A stretch of DNA of 64,000 nt from positions 79,422,001 to 79,486,000 of the forward strand of contig OX597815.1 of NCBI GenBank assembly GCA_951406725.2, read 5' to 3'. The notes under the pieces are model-generated. The model was not told where the DNA came from, searched no databases, and was given only the letters and a program-made list of their open reading frames with translations. The translations under genes were made by a program, and so were the position numbers. This document shows positions 51,370 to 62,380 of the stretch, one piece after another. Position 1 is the first letter of the stretch. Each line of letters starts with the position of its first letter. The stretch comes from Octopus vulgaris (taxonomy: Eukaryota).

Positions 51370-54130
51370 TCAAGTCCATAACTGCCACCATTACAGACAC
51401 AATGGAAGGTATGTCCAGAAATATTGTTGAGGTGGTAGAGCAGAGGTGTGTAGATATATGCTGTGTACAAGAATTTAAATGGAGAAGAGCCTCAGCTAGG
51501 CTCCTTAGAAATAAAGAACAAAGAAACAAGTTCTATGGGTGGGTAGCAGCAACAGTATGGATGGAGCAGACATGGTACAGAAGTAGGTAAAGTATTCAAA
51601 GTAGTCAGAGTGTTTGTTAGGATAATTAAGTTTAGTCCTGGATAACGTGACAATAACATTTCTGCACATGCACCACACTGGATCGGTAGATGAACAGGAA
51701 GACTAGTTCTATGAGACCCTCATGAGGACTGCAACAAAGACCTCAACAGACATGTTGGGCAGCACTCTGATGGATTTCATGCATGCATGCAGGGAGGTTA
51801 TGGCATTGGTTTGGTGAAAGAGGGGATGAGAAACAAGGTTCCTGGAAATCTGTTATGCTATTGATTGATCATTTGTAACACTGACTTTAGGAAACAAGCT
51901 AGCCAGCCAGCCAGCCACCTGATCTCCTCTTGGCAAATGTAAGAGCCAGGTACATTTCAATCTTTCCAGCAAATAAGATTGATGGTTGTGAATCTCCCAC
52001 CCAACATAAGTTAGTGATGATCAGTGTCATCAGTGTAAGAGTTAGATAGACTCAGAAAAACAAACCAGTTACGAGAGAGAAGATATAGAAGCTGAAAGAT
52101 CCAACAAACAGTAAAAAATTTAGAGAAGTGCTAATTACAGTATTTGATGAAGGGGAGGAAGAGATGAAGAATTACTGTACAGAGGACAACTAGGAGTTGC
52201 TATGGGACAACTTGCTTAAAGTTAGGGTCTTGACCTAGCCACAGAGCTGGGGCAAGGTCCTAGCATGACTTAGTGGTGGAATAGCACTGTAGATAGAACC
52301 ATAGAAGCTACAATACAGGCCTAGAAAGATTGGAAAAAAGGGAGCAGCAGAGAGTCATATCAAATAGTTATAAGTGAAGTTATTATCAGGTGTACTTAGC
52401 AAACTGAAAAGCAGAAAGTAAGAGGTTTGTCAATGTTCTACTAAATGAGAATCAGGTATGAGGCCCTCCAGATTGCAAAGCAGTGTACTAGAGAAAACTG
52501 TGATGTCAAATGAGAGAAGTGTATAACGATGGATAGCAGCATACTTGGACTTACACACACTGAAAAGAAAGAGACTTAAAAGCGCTTTAATGAGAAGCTG
52601 TGAAATGTTAAGAATGAGAGAATGTGAGAGTCTTCTCAGAATAGATCCAATTGATGAACCAGCCATTCAAGTTGACAGCAATATAAAAGATGGGAAAATT
52701 AAGGATATATTGGCAAAGAAGTCTTCTACTCCAAGCTGACCAGGTTACAGGCTGGTCACTTGCATAATCAGCCAGGTAGTACAGAAATGTATCATATAAA
52801 GACGACTGGTACAGCAGCCTTGTCAAGTACTCTAAGGCCAATGGAGATGTGCTAGAAAAAGGTAATTACAGAGGTACACAATTGTTGGACCAGGTTATGA
52901 AAGTTACAAAACAAGTTATAGCTTAATTGATTAGAAAGAGATTTAGCCTAGATAAGATGCAGTTCAGATTTATTAGGAAGATGTACAACAGATGCCATCT
53001 TCTTAGATAGACAACTAGAAGCACTTAGCTAAGAGTAAGCAACTGTATCTAGTATTTGCCAACATGGAGAAAACCTTCAATAGAGGCCCTTGCTCTATGA
53101 TCTGGTAGTTACTAATGAAACTAGGGGTAAACAAATGGTTTAAGACAGCTAGCTATACAAGCCATGTAGAAAGATGTGGTCAGCAAGGTGAGAGTCAGCA
53201 ATGAGTACAATATTGAATTTATTGTGCAGACAGGAGTTCATCAAGGCTCCAGTTCCAGTCACCTTTTACCTGTAATAGTCCTTCAGGTCATAAAGGAGTT
53301 TAAGACTAGCTACCTGTAGAGTTCCCTATATGATGATGAATCTATAGCAGAATCAGAGAAGATAGAAGCAAAACCAAGAATCAAGAGGTCTCAATGAAAA
53401 CTTAACAAAGACAAAAGTATTAATATGTAGGGACCCTGCTTTCATCAGGGAAATGGCCTTGGTTGATAGGCAGAAAAGGAGTTGGGAGGAATTTCACATG
53501 ATGTACCATTGCAAACAATGGAAACACAAGAAATGTAGTGGAATTGCAGACAGGCTAACAGAGAAAGCAAATTTTGTATGTGACAGATGCACAAGGACTA
53601 TAAATGCTAAGAGCACTTGGGAAATAGATTCTCTCAAATGCCCAGAAGGCTTCCTTGAAGTGGTTAATAATTTCTGTTATCTAAGTGAACTAATTTGCAG
53701 AGGAAGATGAGGTCCTGAAAGTATAGTAGCCCCAGTAAGAACAGACTGGAGTTATTTCAGGAAGCTACATCAGTAACAAAGGATTTCTTTCAGAGTGAAA
53801 GGCAAATTGTATGAGTCTTGTGTATGAACTGCAATGCAACATGCTAATGAAACATTAACACTGAATGCAGAGGACACAAGAAGACTAGGGGGGAAAAAAA
53901 TGAAGCAAACATTCTCTGCAGGTTGTGTAATGTCAACATGCATGAATGATGGGGTACAAACAGACTAAGGAAAACTAGGAATAAGCAGAATCAGATGTAA
54001 TGCGTGAGAGAGAAGACTGCACTAGTATGATTATATGATGCTTATGAAAAATAGTAGCTGTATAAAGAAGATGCTCAAAATAGATGGAACTTTGGAAGAG
54101 GGAGACCCAGGAAGATGTGAGATGAAGTGA
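51370..54130 (+). mobile_element. Near full-length but heavily decayed RTE LINE (APE + RT + Cys/His finger)
   Basis: VDICCVQE (APE N-terminus), NYRGTQLLDQVMKV, MEKTFNR (EKAFD-like), GVHQGS at ~53233, decayed LYADD at ~53326, CKQWKHKKCSG...FVCDRC, LEVVNNFCYL, RGRPRK. Many stops and frameshifts. Confidence 0.9.
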
Positions 54131-54149
54131 CCATGCTCTATACATAGGA

Positions 54150-54552
54150 AAGATGTAGATAGGAATTCTGTACTGTGTATCCAATGTAAACTATGCCCAG
54201 GCTGATAGAGATTGACATCATGTGTAGTAGATGTTCAGGAGTTGTCCTTAGTAAGATTGGCAATGAAATTAATTGCTTCAAACATTTGGATGGTCTTCCT
54301 CAAGCAGTTCAAACTATGGACACACAGGGGGTGCAGTGGAATCACATGCAGGCTAACAGAAGAAAAAGATTTTGAATGCAATAGATGCACAAGGGCTATA
54401 AACACTAACAGCATACAGGAAACTGATTCTCTCAAATGTTAGTTGACAACTCCAGTTACCTACGTGACCTAATTAGTAGAGAATGTGGGTGTTCCAAAAG
54501 CACAATAGCTAGAAAAAGAACAAGATGGAAAAAGTTCTAAGAACTATTACCA
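54150..54552 (+). mobile_element. Second RTE fragment repeating the Cys/His-finger segment
   Basis: NSVLCIQCKL ... KLWTHRGCSGITCRLTEEKDFECNRCTRAINT...DSLKC parallels 53490-53760. Confidence 0.8.
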
Positions 54553-54610
54553 TATTTCCCTCCCTCCCTCTCTCTATCTATCTATCCACACAATATATAT
54601 ATATATATAT

Positions 54611-55014
54611 ATACTAATAAAAGGGTTCAGCAAAGATTTGCTTCACCACACACCGAAGTTTAGAAATAGCAGCCAAAAATCTTAGTTATTTCTACTACTT
54701 TAAAAAGGGTCTCCCAGAGAAGCCAAAATACTTGAAGGTTATTCACACAGGCAAAATTGTTATTATTACTATCATTATTAACCGTCAGCAAATATCGTCA
54801 CCATTGACATCATTTGGACTTCAGTCATGTTTTTTTCACATCTTGACATTATTTCAGTCCTTCCTTCATGTTCAAACATCTATCTCTCTGCTTCAGGATT
54901 TCTGCATACTACGTGGATCGTCACAGCACACGGAGACATACAGACAAATCACTGTACATACATATCTGTGTGTGTGTCTTTCCATTTTCTATACACGTAG
55001 GAATGGCAAAGTTA
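54611..55014 (+). mobile_element. Probable Helitron-like 5' fragment; 54753-55014 has an inverted copy at 59301-59568
   Basis: Starts ATACTAATAAAAGGG out of a TA run (compare the Helitron 5' end TCTCTTATGATAAAAGG). Near-identical reverse-complement copy downstream. Confidence 0.55.
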
Positions 55015-55399
55015 CCCTTTGTTATTATATATATATATATATAATTCTATGCCTGCTTTCCATGCTGGCATGGGTTTTCATGATCTAGGTCCTTTCTTAT
55101 TAGGAGGTACTGCTCTCAAATACTAGAGCTTGAACATGTCATTTTGACAAGTATTGTATGGTGGTTGCCCTTAATATTGCCTATCACTTTGCAGCATTTA
55201 CTATGTGCATTTTTTCTTGGCATCAGTACTAGAGAAGTTAATAAATCCTAGGTGAGAAGAGAATAAAAGGATTGCACAACCTTATGTTTTCTCCATTTGT
55301 TCATTATCCACTTCACTGTATGCACTGGGTATTACATATATGTGGGTGGCTGTGAATATATATATATATACAGAAACTTATTGAGTGTGTGTGTGTTGT

Positions 55400-55834
55400 T
55401 TTATTCTTTTACTTGCTTCAGTCATCTGACTGCAGCCAAGCTGGAGCACCGCCTTTAATCAAACAAATCAACCCCAGGACTTATTCTTTGTAAACCTAGT
55501 ACTTATTCTATCGGTCTCTTTTGCCAAACTATTAGGTTACAGGGACATAAACACACCAACATTAGTTATCAAGCAATGGTGGAAGGACAAACACAGACAC
55601 ATAAATAAATACATACAGACATACATACACATATATATATATACACACACATATATATATATATATATATATGACAGGCTTCTTTCAGTTTCCGTCTACC
55701 AAATCCACTCACAAGACTTTGGCTAGCCTGAGGCTATAGCAGAAGACACATGCCCAAGGTACAACACAGCAGGACTGAACCCAGAATCATGTGGTTGGGA
55801 AGCAAGTTTCTTACCACACAGCCACTTCTGCACC
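55400..55834 (-). mobile_element. Full-length tRNA-headed SINE with internal microsatellite
   Basis: Reverse complement of GGTGCAGAAGTGGCTGTGTGGTAAG...GGGTTCAGTCC...ACCTTGGGCA...GGAAACTGAAAGAAGCC...ACTGAAGCAAGTAAAAG. Confidence 0.88.
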
Positions 55835-55866
<32 letters not shown>

Positions 55867-55900
55867 TGTTGGACTCATAGTAATGGATTAAATATATAAA

Positions 55901-56200
55901 TCATCATCATTTAATGTCTCCTTCTCTATACTGGGATGCGTTGGATGGTCTGAAATGAACTGATTAGCCAGAGGGCTGTGCCAGGCTCCAATGTCTTCTT
56001 TGGCATGGTTTTATGGCTAGATGCCCTCCTAATGCTAATCACTTCACAGAGTGTACTGGGTGATTTTTTCTGTGGCACCAGCACTGGTATTGTCACCAAG
56101 TACCTGCAAGACAAGACTCCTCAACTGAGTTGGGGTGTAGCATTAAGGGATATTAAAGTATGACAGAAGGAAAAAACAGGTGTCTTGCTGAGGAGAAGAG
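55901..56200 (-). mobile_element. Diverged SINE 3' part
   Basis: (ATC)n tail and GGCTAGATGCCCTCCTAATGC box. Confidence 0.65.
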
Positions 56201-56584
56201 TGCCTGACTTCTCCAAACCAACATCACTATAAAACAAACAGTGTAGTTTGTTTAAAGTCTTCCACGGAAACATGCTTGAACTAGAGAAAAATATAACCTT
56301 GCTTTTTTAAATCAGATAAGTTGCTAATAAAGAAAGATTTCCAGCAAGTCAACTACTGATGTGGCAGTTTCTTCATTAACCTACATCTCAAAAGGTTTTC
56401 GGAGTTGGTGCTACTAAGGACTGGTCTCATAGCATTAAGGAGATGAGAGGGAATTCTTAACCTCTCTGGGATATTGGTTTATCTCATGTAACATTCTCAG
56501 GGAATATAGCACCTATTTGTTGTTATTTGATTGCGATTGAGTAAACCTATAATGAAAGCAAAACTTATGTCAGAAATCATTACT

Positions 56585-57560
56585 ATCATCATTAGTAAGA
56601 AAAGTGGACAACATAACTGGAAGAATGTCATACAAAACTGCCTAAGGTATTTTACTATACCCCTTTAAGTATCAATTTCAAACTGCACCAAGTTAACATT
56701 GCCCTCCTTCCTTGGCTGATAAATTAATGCACCAATCAAGTACAGTGGGGAAAGAAGGAGCAATTAAATCAACTTTCCTTCCTTAAAATGCGTAGGTATA
56801 TACCAATCAGTATTTATTTACATTCTTTAACAATATCAGTTCAAATCTTATCGGGTCAACTTCACCTTTCAGCCTTCCAGGATCCATATAAATAAGAACC
56901 AACAAGTATTGAGATAGATATAATCAACTATACCCTCATCTAATATCTCTGATCTTGCACTGATTTTAGAAATCCTTACAATTATTATTAATACTTGAGA
57001 ATATTGGAGTGAAAATGACAGTATAATAGCAGACTAGCTGTCTTATGGTATTTAATTCCATCCTGTTACATTCTGAGTAAAAATCCACCAAGTTTCAACA
57101 TTACTTTTCAGTCCCTATAAAGCACTGGGCATGTACTTGGATTACATCAATATAAAAATATGTAAGCTGGCAGAATTGTTAATGCACTGGACAAAATGCT
57201 TAGTAGCATTTCTCCAAGTACTAGGGTCAATGTAATCAACTTGCTCCATCCCCTCAAAACTACTGACCTTGTGCCAAAACTAGAAAGAATTATTATTATA
57301 ATTGTTGTTGTTATTATTAAGGTAGCGAGTTGGCAAAAATGTTAGCACACTGGATGAAGTGCTTAGTGGTATTTTGCCCGGCATGACATTCTACATTCAA
57401 ATTCCACTGAGGCCAACTTTGCCTTTCATCCATTCGAGGTCCATAAATTAAGTACCAGTTGCATACTGGAGTCGATCAAATCGACGGGCGCCCCTCCCCT
57501 CAAATTTCAGGCCTTGTGCCTATAGCAGAAATGATTATTACTATTATTATTATTATTATT
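56585..57560 (+). mobile_element. Head-to-tail chain of ~5 Deu/Nin-like SINE copies
   Basis: Repeated TTCAAA..CC...AACTTT.CCTTTCA.CC...ATAAAT.A.TACCA units separated by (ATT)n. Best-preserved copy at 57319-57535. Confidence 0.7.
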
Positions 57561-59300
57561 AGCACTGTTGCAGCAATAAAGAATGGATATTTTAATTTAT
57601 TAGTACCACATTCTTATCAATAAGAATGTGGGAGTAAAATCAGAAAGAATTTATATTTATTTGTAAAAGCCACAATATAAAGATGCAGTAAACAAGAAGT
57701 GCAGTTTGTTGTGACTTAGAAGTGAAAAAAAAACAACAAAAAAAGACTGAAGAAGAGGGAAAATTTCCAATGGCAAGGTGGATATCATGAAATGAAGAGG
57801 ACTCGTAGCCAAGATGAAGTGACATACAGTAGAATGGAGAGCTTGAATCTTACTACAGATCCTAGTATATAACGATTACTTAATTTTAACAAATGTTTAA
57901 AAAAAAATTAACTGAAAACAAAATAGAAGATAAACTCCTACAGGGGTTTGAACTAAATGATAATAGTATGGTAAAGTTTGGAGTATAGCTATGTACTGTC
58001 GACATTATCTCCTCCCACTTAGTGTCATAAAGTGATAAGAAAGGTGTACTTTGACGTATGGAATAATTGTTTGACTACCCCATACCACTCCACACATCAC
58101 AAGGTGATCCAGCGGCAAAGACAGTCAGAGCTCTCTCCCTTTCCCTCCCTCGCTCTCTCTCAGGTGTCGTTAGGTTGTCAACCCACAGCCATGCCACTTA
58201 GATATAATTCACAACTCGAAAATTTTGAATCAGGAAATACACTCATCGTCGATGCAAGGGTTACACGTGTCGAAGTCAATCCCCCTTCTGCCATTTGCAT
58301 AGTCGGTTTCTATTGTTGTTTAAGCAAAGGTTAACGTTGTGTGAGCAGACCTATGATCAAAGGCGTTCTAGCCGTGGCAATCTCCTTTTTATAATGTAAG
58401 GAATTACATTTTTCTAAAATGCTTTTATTTAAAACACAATAGCAAGATCTAAAAGGAGATTTGGACGTCATTGCTAGTAGGTAGGGCAATCCACATAAAG
58501 ACTATTTCATGGACCAAGCTGTTTGTCTTGACAAGAGAACTCATGTTATAAATTCCCATACACCGGCTAAGACAACCGAGTTTTCGCGCTTATATAACAG
58601 CCTATCTACTTAGAAGTAGATACATATAGATCATCACCAAATAATGGTACCCAAGAAGGAACGATCGTCTCAATGAGGATTTCCCCACAAGTGTGTTGAC
58701 AACTCGGTTGGGCCTACAACCAGAAACCACTACTCGCGACCCCCGCAAAATAGTTTATATAAGCCAGTGAAGGACGGGCTAAATACCTATTATTAATATC
58801 TTAAGAATCTCAAAACGCACACACACATTCTCAAGTCAAGATTAATCATTAAAATAATTATAAATACACACGCAAAATATATACGCGTGTATATATATAT
58901 ATATATATGCACACAAAGCACATTTTCCTCCTTCCAGACATCAGTAGTGCTTGGTAATAATGTTCAACGAAAACTAGATAGTAAACCTGCTCACACAATT
59001 ACAAACACATACACGTATGTATATATATATATATATCAACAGTAAATGCCATTGATTAATAAAGCCACATCGATCACCGAGTTTCTTAAGTCTTCGTCGT
59101 CTGTCTATAATTGCCTGTTGCTTTAGACAGGGAACATTGTATATGTCTTAATAATAATAATAATAATAATCTGTTAACAATATGTGTGTGAAATGTTAAT
59201 TATTAAGACAGTTTTAAACAGAACTCCTAAAGCTCATTTTGTCTCTCGTCCATTTCCAAACCTACACACACTTTGCTATCATCAAAAAAGCCTATTCGGA

Positions 59301-59568
59301 TAACTTTGCCATTCCTACGTGTATAGAAAATGGAAAGACACACACACACACACAGATATGTATGTACAGTGATTTGTCTGTATGTCTCCGTGTGCTGCGA
59401 CGATCCACGTAGTACGCAGAAATCCTGAAGCAGAGAGATAGTTGTTTGAACATGAAGGAAGGACTGAAAGAATATCAAGATGTGAAAAAAACATGACTGA
59501 AGTCCAAATGATGTCAATGGTGACGATATTTGCCGACGGTTAATAATGATAGTAATAATAACAATTTT
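59301..59568 (-). repeat. Inverted copy of 54753-55014
   Basis: Direct reverse-complement match. The two ORF translations (TSFGLQSCFFHIL...RRNGKV) are almost identical. Confidence 0.92.
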
Positions 59569-59774
59569 TTAAAACCCTGTCTCTTTAAGTCGATTCATCT
59601 AAACTTAAGTCAACATCACCAGTATACTCTTTATGTATGTGCGAGAAAATGTACTTGTTTGTAGGCCTATATATATATATTCATACATAATATACAGACG
59701 TATGGACACATCTTTTAGGAATAACATGAACACAACCAATCATTACCCACCACCCATATAAAAATCAAAGGCTT

Positions 59775-59777
<3 letters not shown>

Positions 59778-59845
<68 letters not shown>
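59778..59845. repeat. (TA)n microsatellite (others at 60882-60932, 62147-62187)
   Basis: Perfect dinucleotide run. Confidence 0.95.
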
Positions 59846-59847
<2 letters not shown>

Positions 59848-59992
59848 GTGTGTACATAAATTGATTTACTTAGCAAGGAAAGCATATCGAACAAGGGGTG
59901 TGTGAGAGTATATACACTTGTCAGTATTATGTATGTTGGCGTGTATATAGAAGACCCTTCAAAGGAAAAGAAAAGCAATACATGGTACTTAC

Positions 59993-60206
59993 ACTTTGTC
60001 GGTTATTTCACGTAATTTCCACATTTTAATCTTCCAGGCTTAAATTTTTGTATTTTGGATTTATTTCTCTTTGTTTTTAAACACTTATTTTTAAAATGCT
60101 TTCTTGTTATGTTTGACGTCGCTGCATATATCTTACATAAATATACTATATATGTCCATATATAATATATTTTATACGCTTACAGTTTATTATACGTCCG
60201 ACCTGC
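59993..60206 (-). other. Candidate non-coding (5'UTR) exon
   Basis: Minus-strand acceptor ttttcttttttttccAG (AG at 60208-60207) and donor GTAAGTA (59992-59986); no long open frame. Confidence 0.35.
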
Positions 60207-60874
60207 CTGGAAAAAAAAAGAAAATACAGTAAACGGAGGTTGGAGGAGAGGGAAGAGAAATTAAAACACAGAGACAGAGGGAGGGATCAGAAGTAGTAGT
60301 AGCAGCAGCAATAAGAATGACAGTATGTGGTGGTGGGGGGGTAGCAGTAATTGTAGTAGTAATACTAATACTACTAGTAAACAGTGTAATAGGTGCGTCT
60401 GACAGCAGTAATAGAACTAGTGATAACACTGAGAGAAGGGGAGTGAAAGAGAGGTAGAGAAATTAACAGAAGGGGAGGTAAAAATACAATGGAGAAAGAA
60501 AGGGTGACTACGTAAAGGAACGAAAGAGGAAGAGAGCAATGAGAAGCAAACACAGAAGAGTTCAGTCGGCTTTTTGTAGGTGTGTCAATTTTGTTATCAC
60601 AGACATTTATTCATCTGTGAGGAGAGAGAGAACTTGTGTTTTTAGTTTCACAACGGTGATAGAAAGTTTTGAATGCTCATACGTAAATATTTTAAACTAG
60701 GGGGGAAAAAAAGGTGTGTACTTATAAATCGTATTATCGGTCTTGTATACTTTTACATTTAAGCCTATGATAATAAATTGTGTGTATATAAATTTTTACA
60801 GGTAAAATAACAAGGCTTGGCTTTGGTGATCAATTATATATAAGCTATAATTATTAAGAGCATGGAGACTTGTC

Positions 60875-60935
<61 letters not shown>

Positions 60936-61606
60936 GTACCAGCTAAAACAAAAACACGAACATCTAAATGGTATATACACACGTCTAAAATCATTTTATA
61001 AATTTTCGCAATCTAAAATACTTATAAACATATGTTGATCCCCATATGTATATATATATATATATGTATATATATAACATACACACTGAGACATATGTTT
61101 TATGTTATTTATCAACAATTCAAAATAAGATATTGCCATTATTTAAAATTATTTTGCCCACATAACATACACATAATTCTTTCAGTAGTTAGTAGTTATT
61201 ACTACACAGCTTGTAGTAATATCTATCTATCTCTATCTATTTGTGTGTGTGTGTGACAGGTAAAACGTCACTAGCAGGAATGAAAAGAGTTGGGGAGAAA
61301 ACAACCGGCCGGCGGTTATTGCCTTAGTGGGTGGTGTTCGTTATTGTAGTTGTATGTGTACAGTGTACAGCAATGTGGACAGAAACAACAACAATAAACA
61401 ACATAATCGGTAAGAAAGGTCGGAAAAAAATACAGGAAGAAAAAGTATGAGTAACAAACAGAAAGCGAACAAGGACAACACATGTACCAACCAGTGATAT
61501 CGATATCTCAGTAATTTGACATAGAGAAGAGAATTAATAATAATAACAACAGAAATTCTTAGAAAAGCTATATTGGTATGTGTACACATGTCCGCATCTA
61601 TATAAA

Positions 61607-62145
61607 GACGCAGGTGTGGCTATGTAGTCGAAGTTTACTTTCCAACAACCTGATTTCAGATTCAGTACCACTGCATGGTACCTTGGGCAAATATAATCTA
61701 GTATAGCTGCGAGCCGATCAAAGCCTTGTCAGTGGATCTGGTAAGCGGAAACTGAAAGAAGCCTCTGTTTGTGTGTGTGTGCGTGTGTTTGTGTGCGCGT
61801 TTCCCCACCACCGATTGACAACCGGTCTTAGTTTGTGTACGTCCCCGTAACTTAGTGGTTCAACAAATCGGATCGATAGAATAAGTACTAGACTTTAAAT
61901 AGATAAAGTACTGGGGGTCGATTCGTTTCACTAAAACCTTTCAAAGTGGTGCCCCAGTATGGCCACAGTCCGATGACTGAAAAAAGGAAGGAGTGGCTGT
62001 GTAGTAAGAAGCTTGCTTCCTAACCATATAGTTCTGGGTTCAGTTCCACTGTGTGGCACCTTGGGCAAATGTCTTCTGCTATAGCCTCGGGCTGACCGTA
62101 GCCTTGTAAGTGGATTTAGTAGATGGAAACTGAAAGAAGCCCATC

Positions 62146-62203
<58 letters not shown>

Positions 62204-62380
62204 TTGTCCTCTCACCATCGCTTGACATACGATGTTGGTGTGTTTGTATATACGTCCCCGTAACTTAGTGGTTTGGTAAAAGAGACCAATAGAATAAGTC
62301 CTAGGGTTGATTTGTTCAACTAAAGGCAGTACTCCAGCATGGTCGCAGTCAAATGACTGAAACAAGTGGAAGAATAAAAG
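61607..62380 (+). mobile_element. Two tandem full-length tRNA-headed SINEs (61607-61985, 61986-62380)
   Basis: Each has a GG.GTGGCT.TGTAGT head, a TTCAGT.CCACTG B-box region, ACCTTGGGCAAAT, GGAAACTGAAAGAAGCC, an internal microsatellite and a CCAG.ATGG.C.CAGTC..ATGACTGAAA end. Confidence 0.88.

Larger units (their letters stand above)
57800..61900. promoter_or_regulatory. CpG-retaining, promoter/5'-end-like region
   Basis: Frequent CG dinucleotides; purine-rich tract at 60210-60560; CCGGCCGGCGG at ~61305; splice-like signals. Confidence 0.45.

Noticed and set aside
59037-59150. Microsatellite-flanked unit with GACGAAGAC...GAAAC on the minus strand (possible third hammerhead)
   Set aside because: Lacks CUGA, a stem II 3' arm and a valid NUH; too decayed to call.
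61986-62060. tRNA genes
   Set aside because: A/B-box sequences are SINE heads without a complete cloverleaf. The lone B-box at ~46000-46010 (-) also has no tRNA fold.
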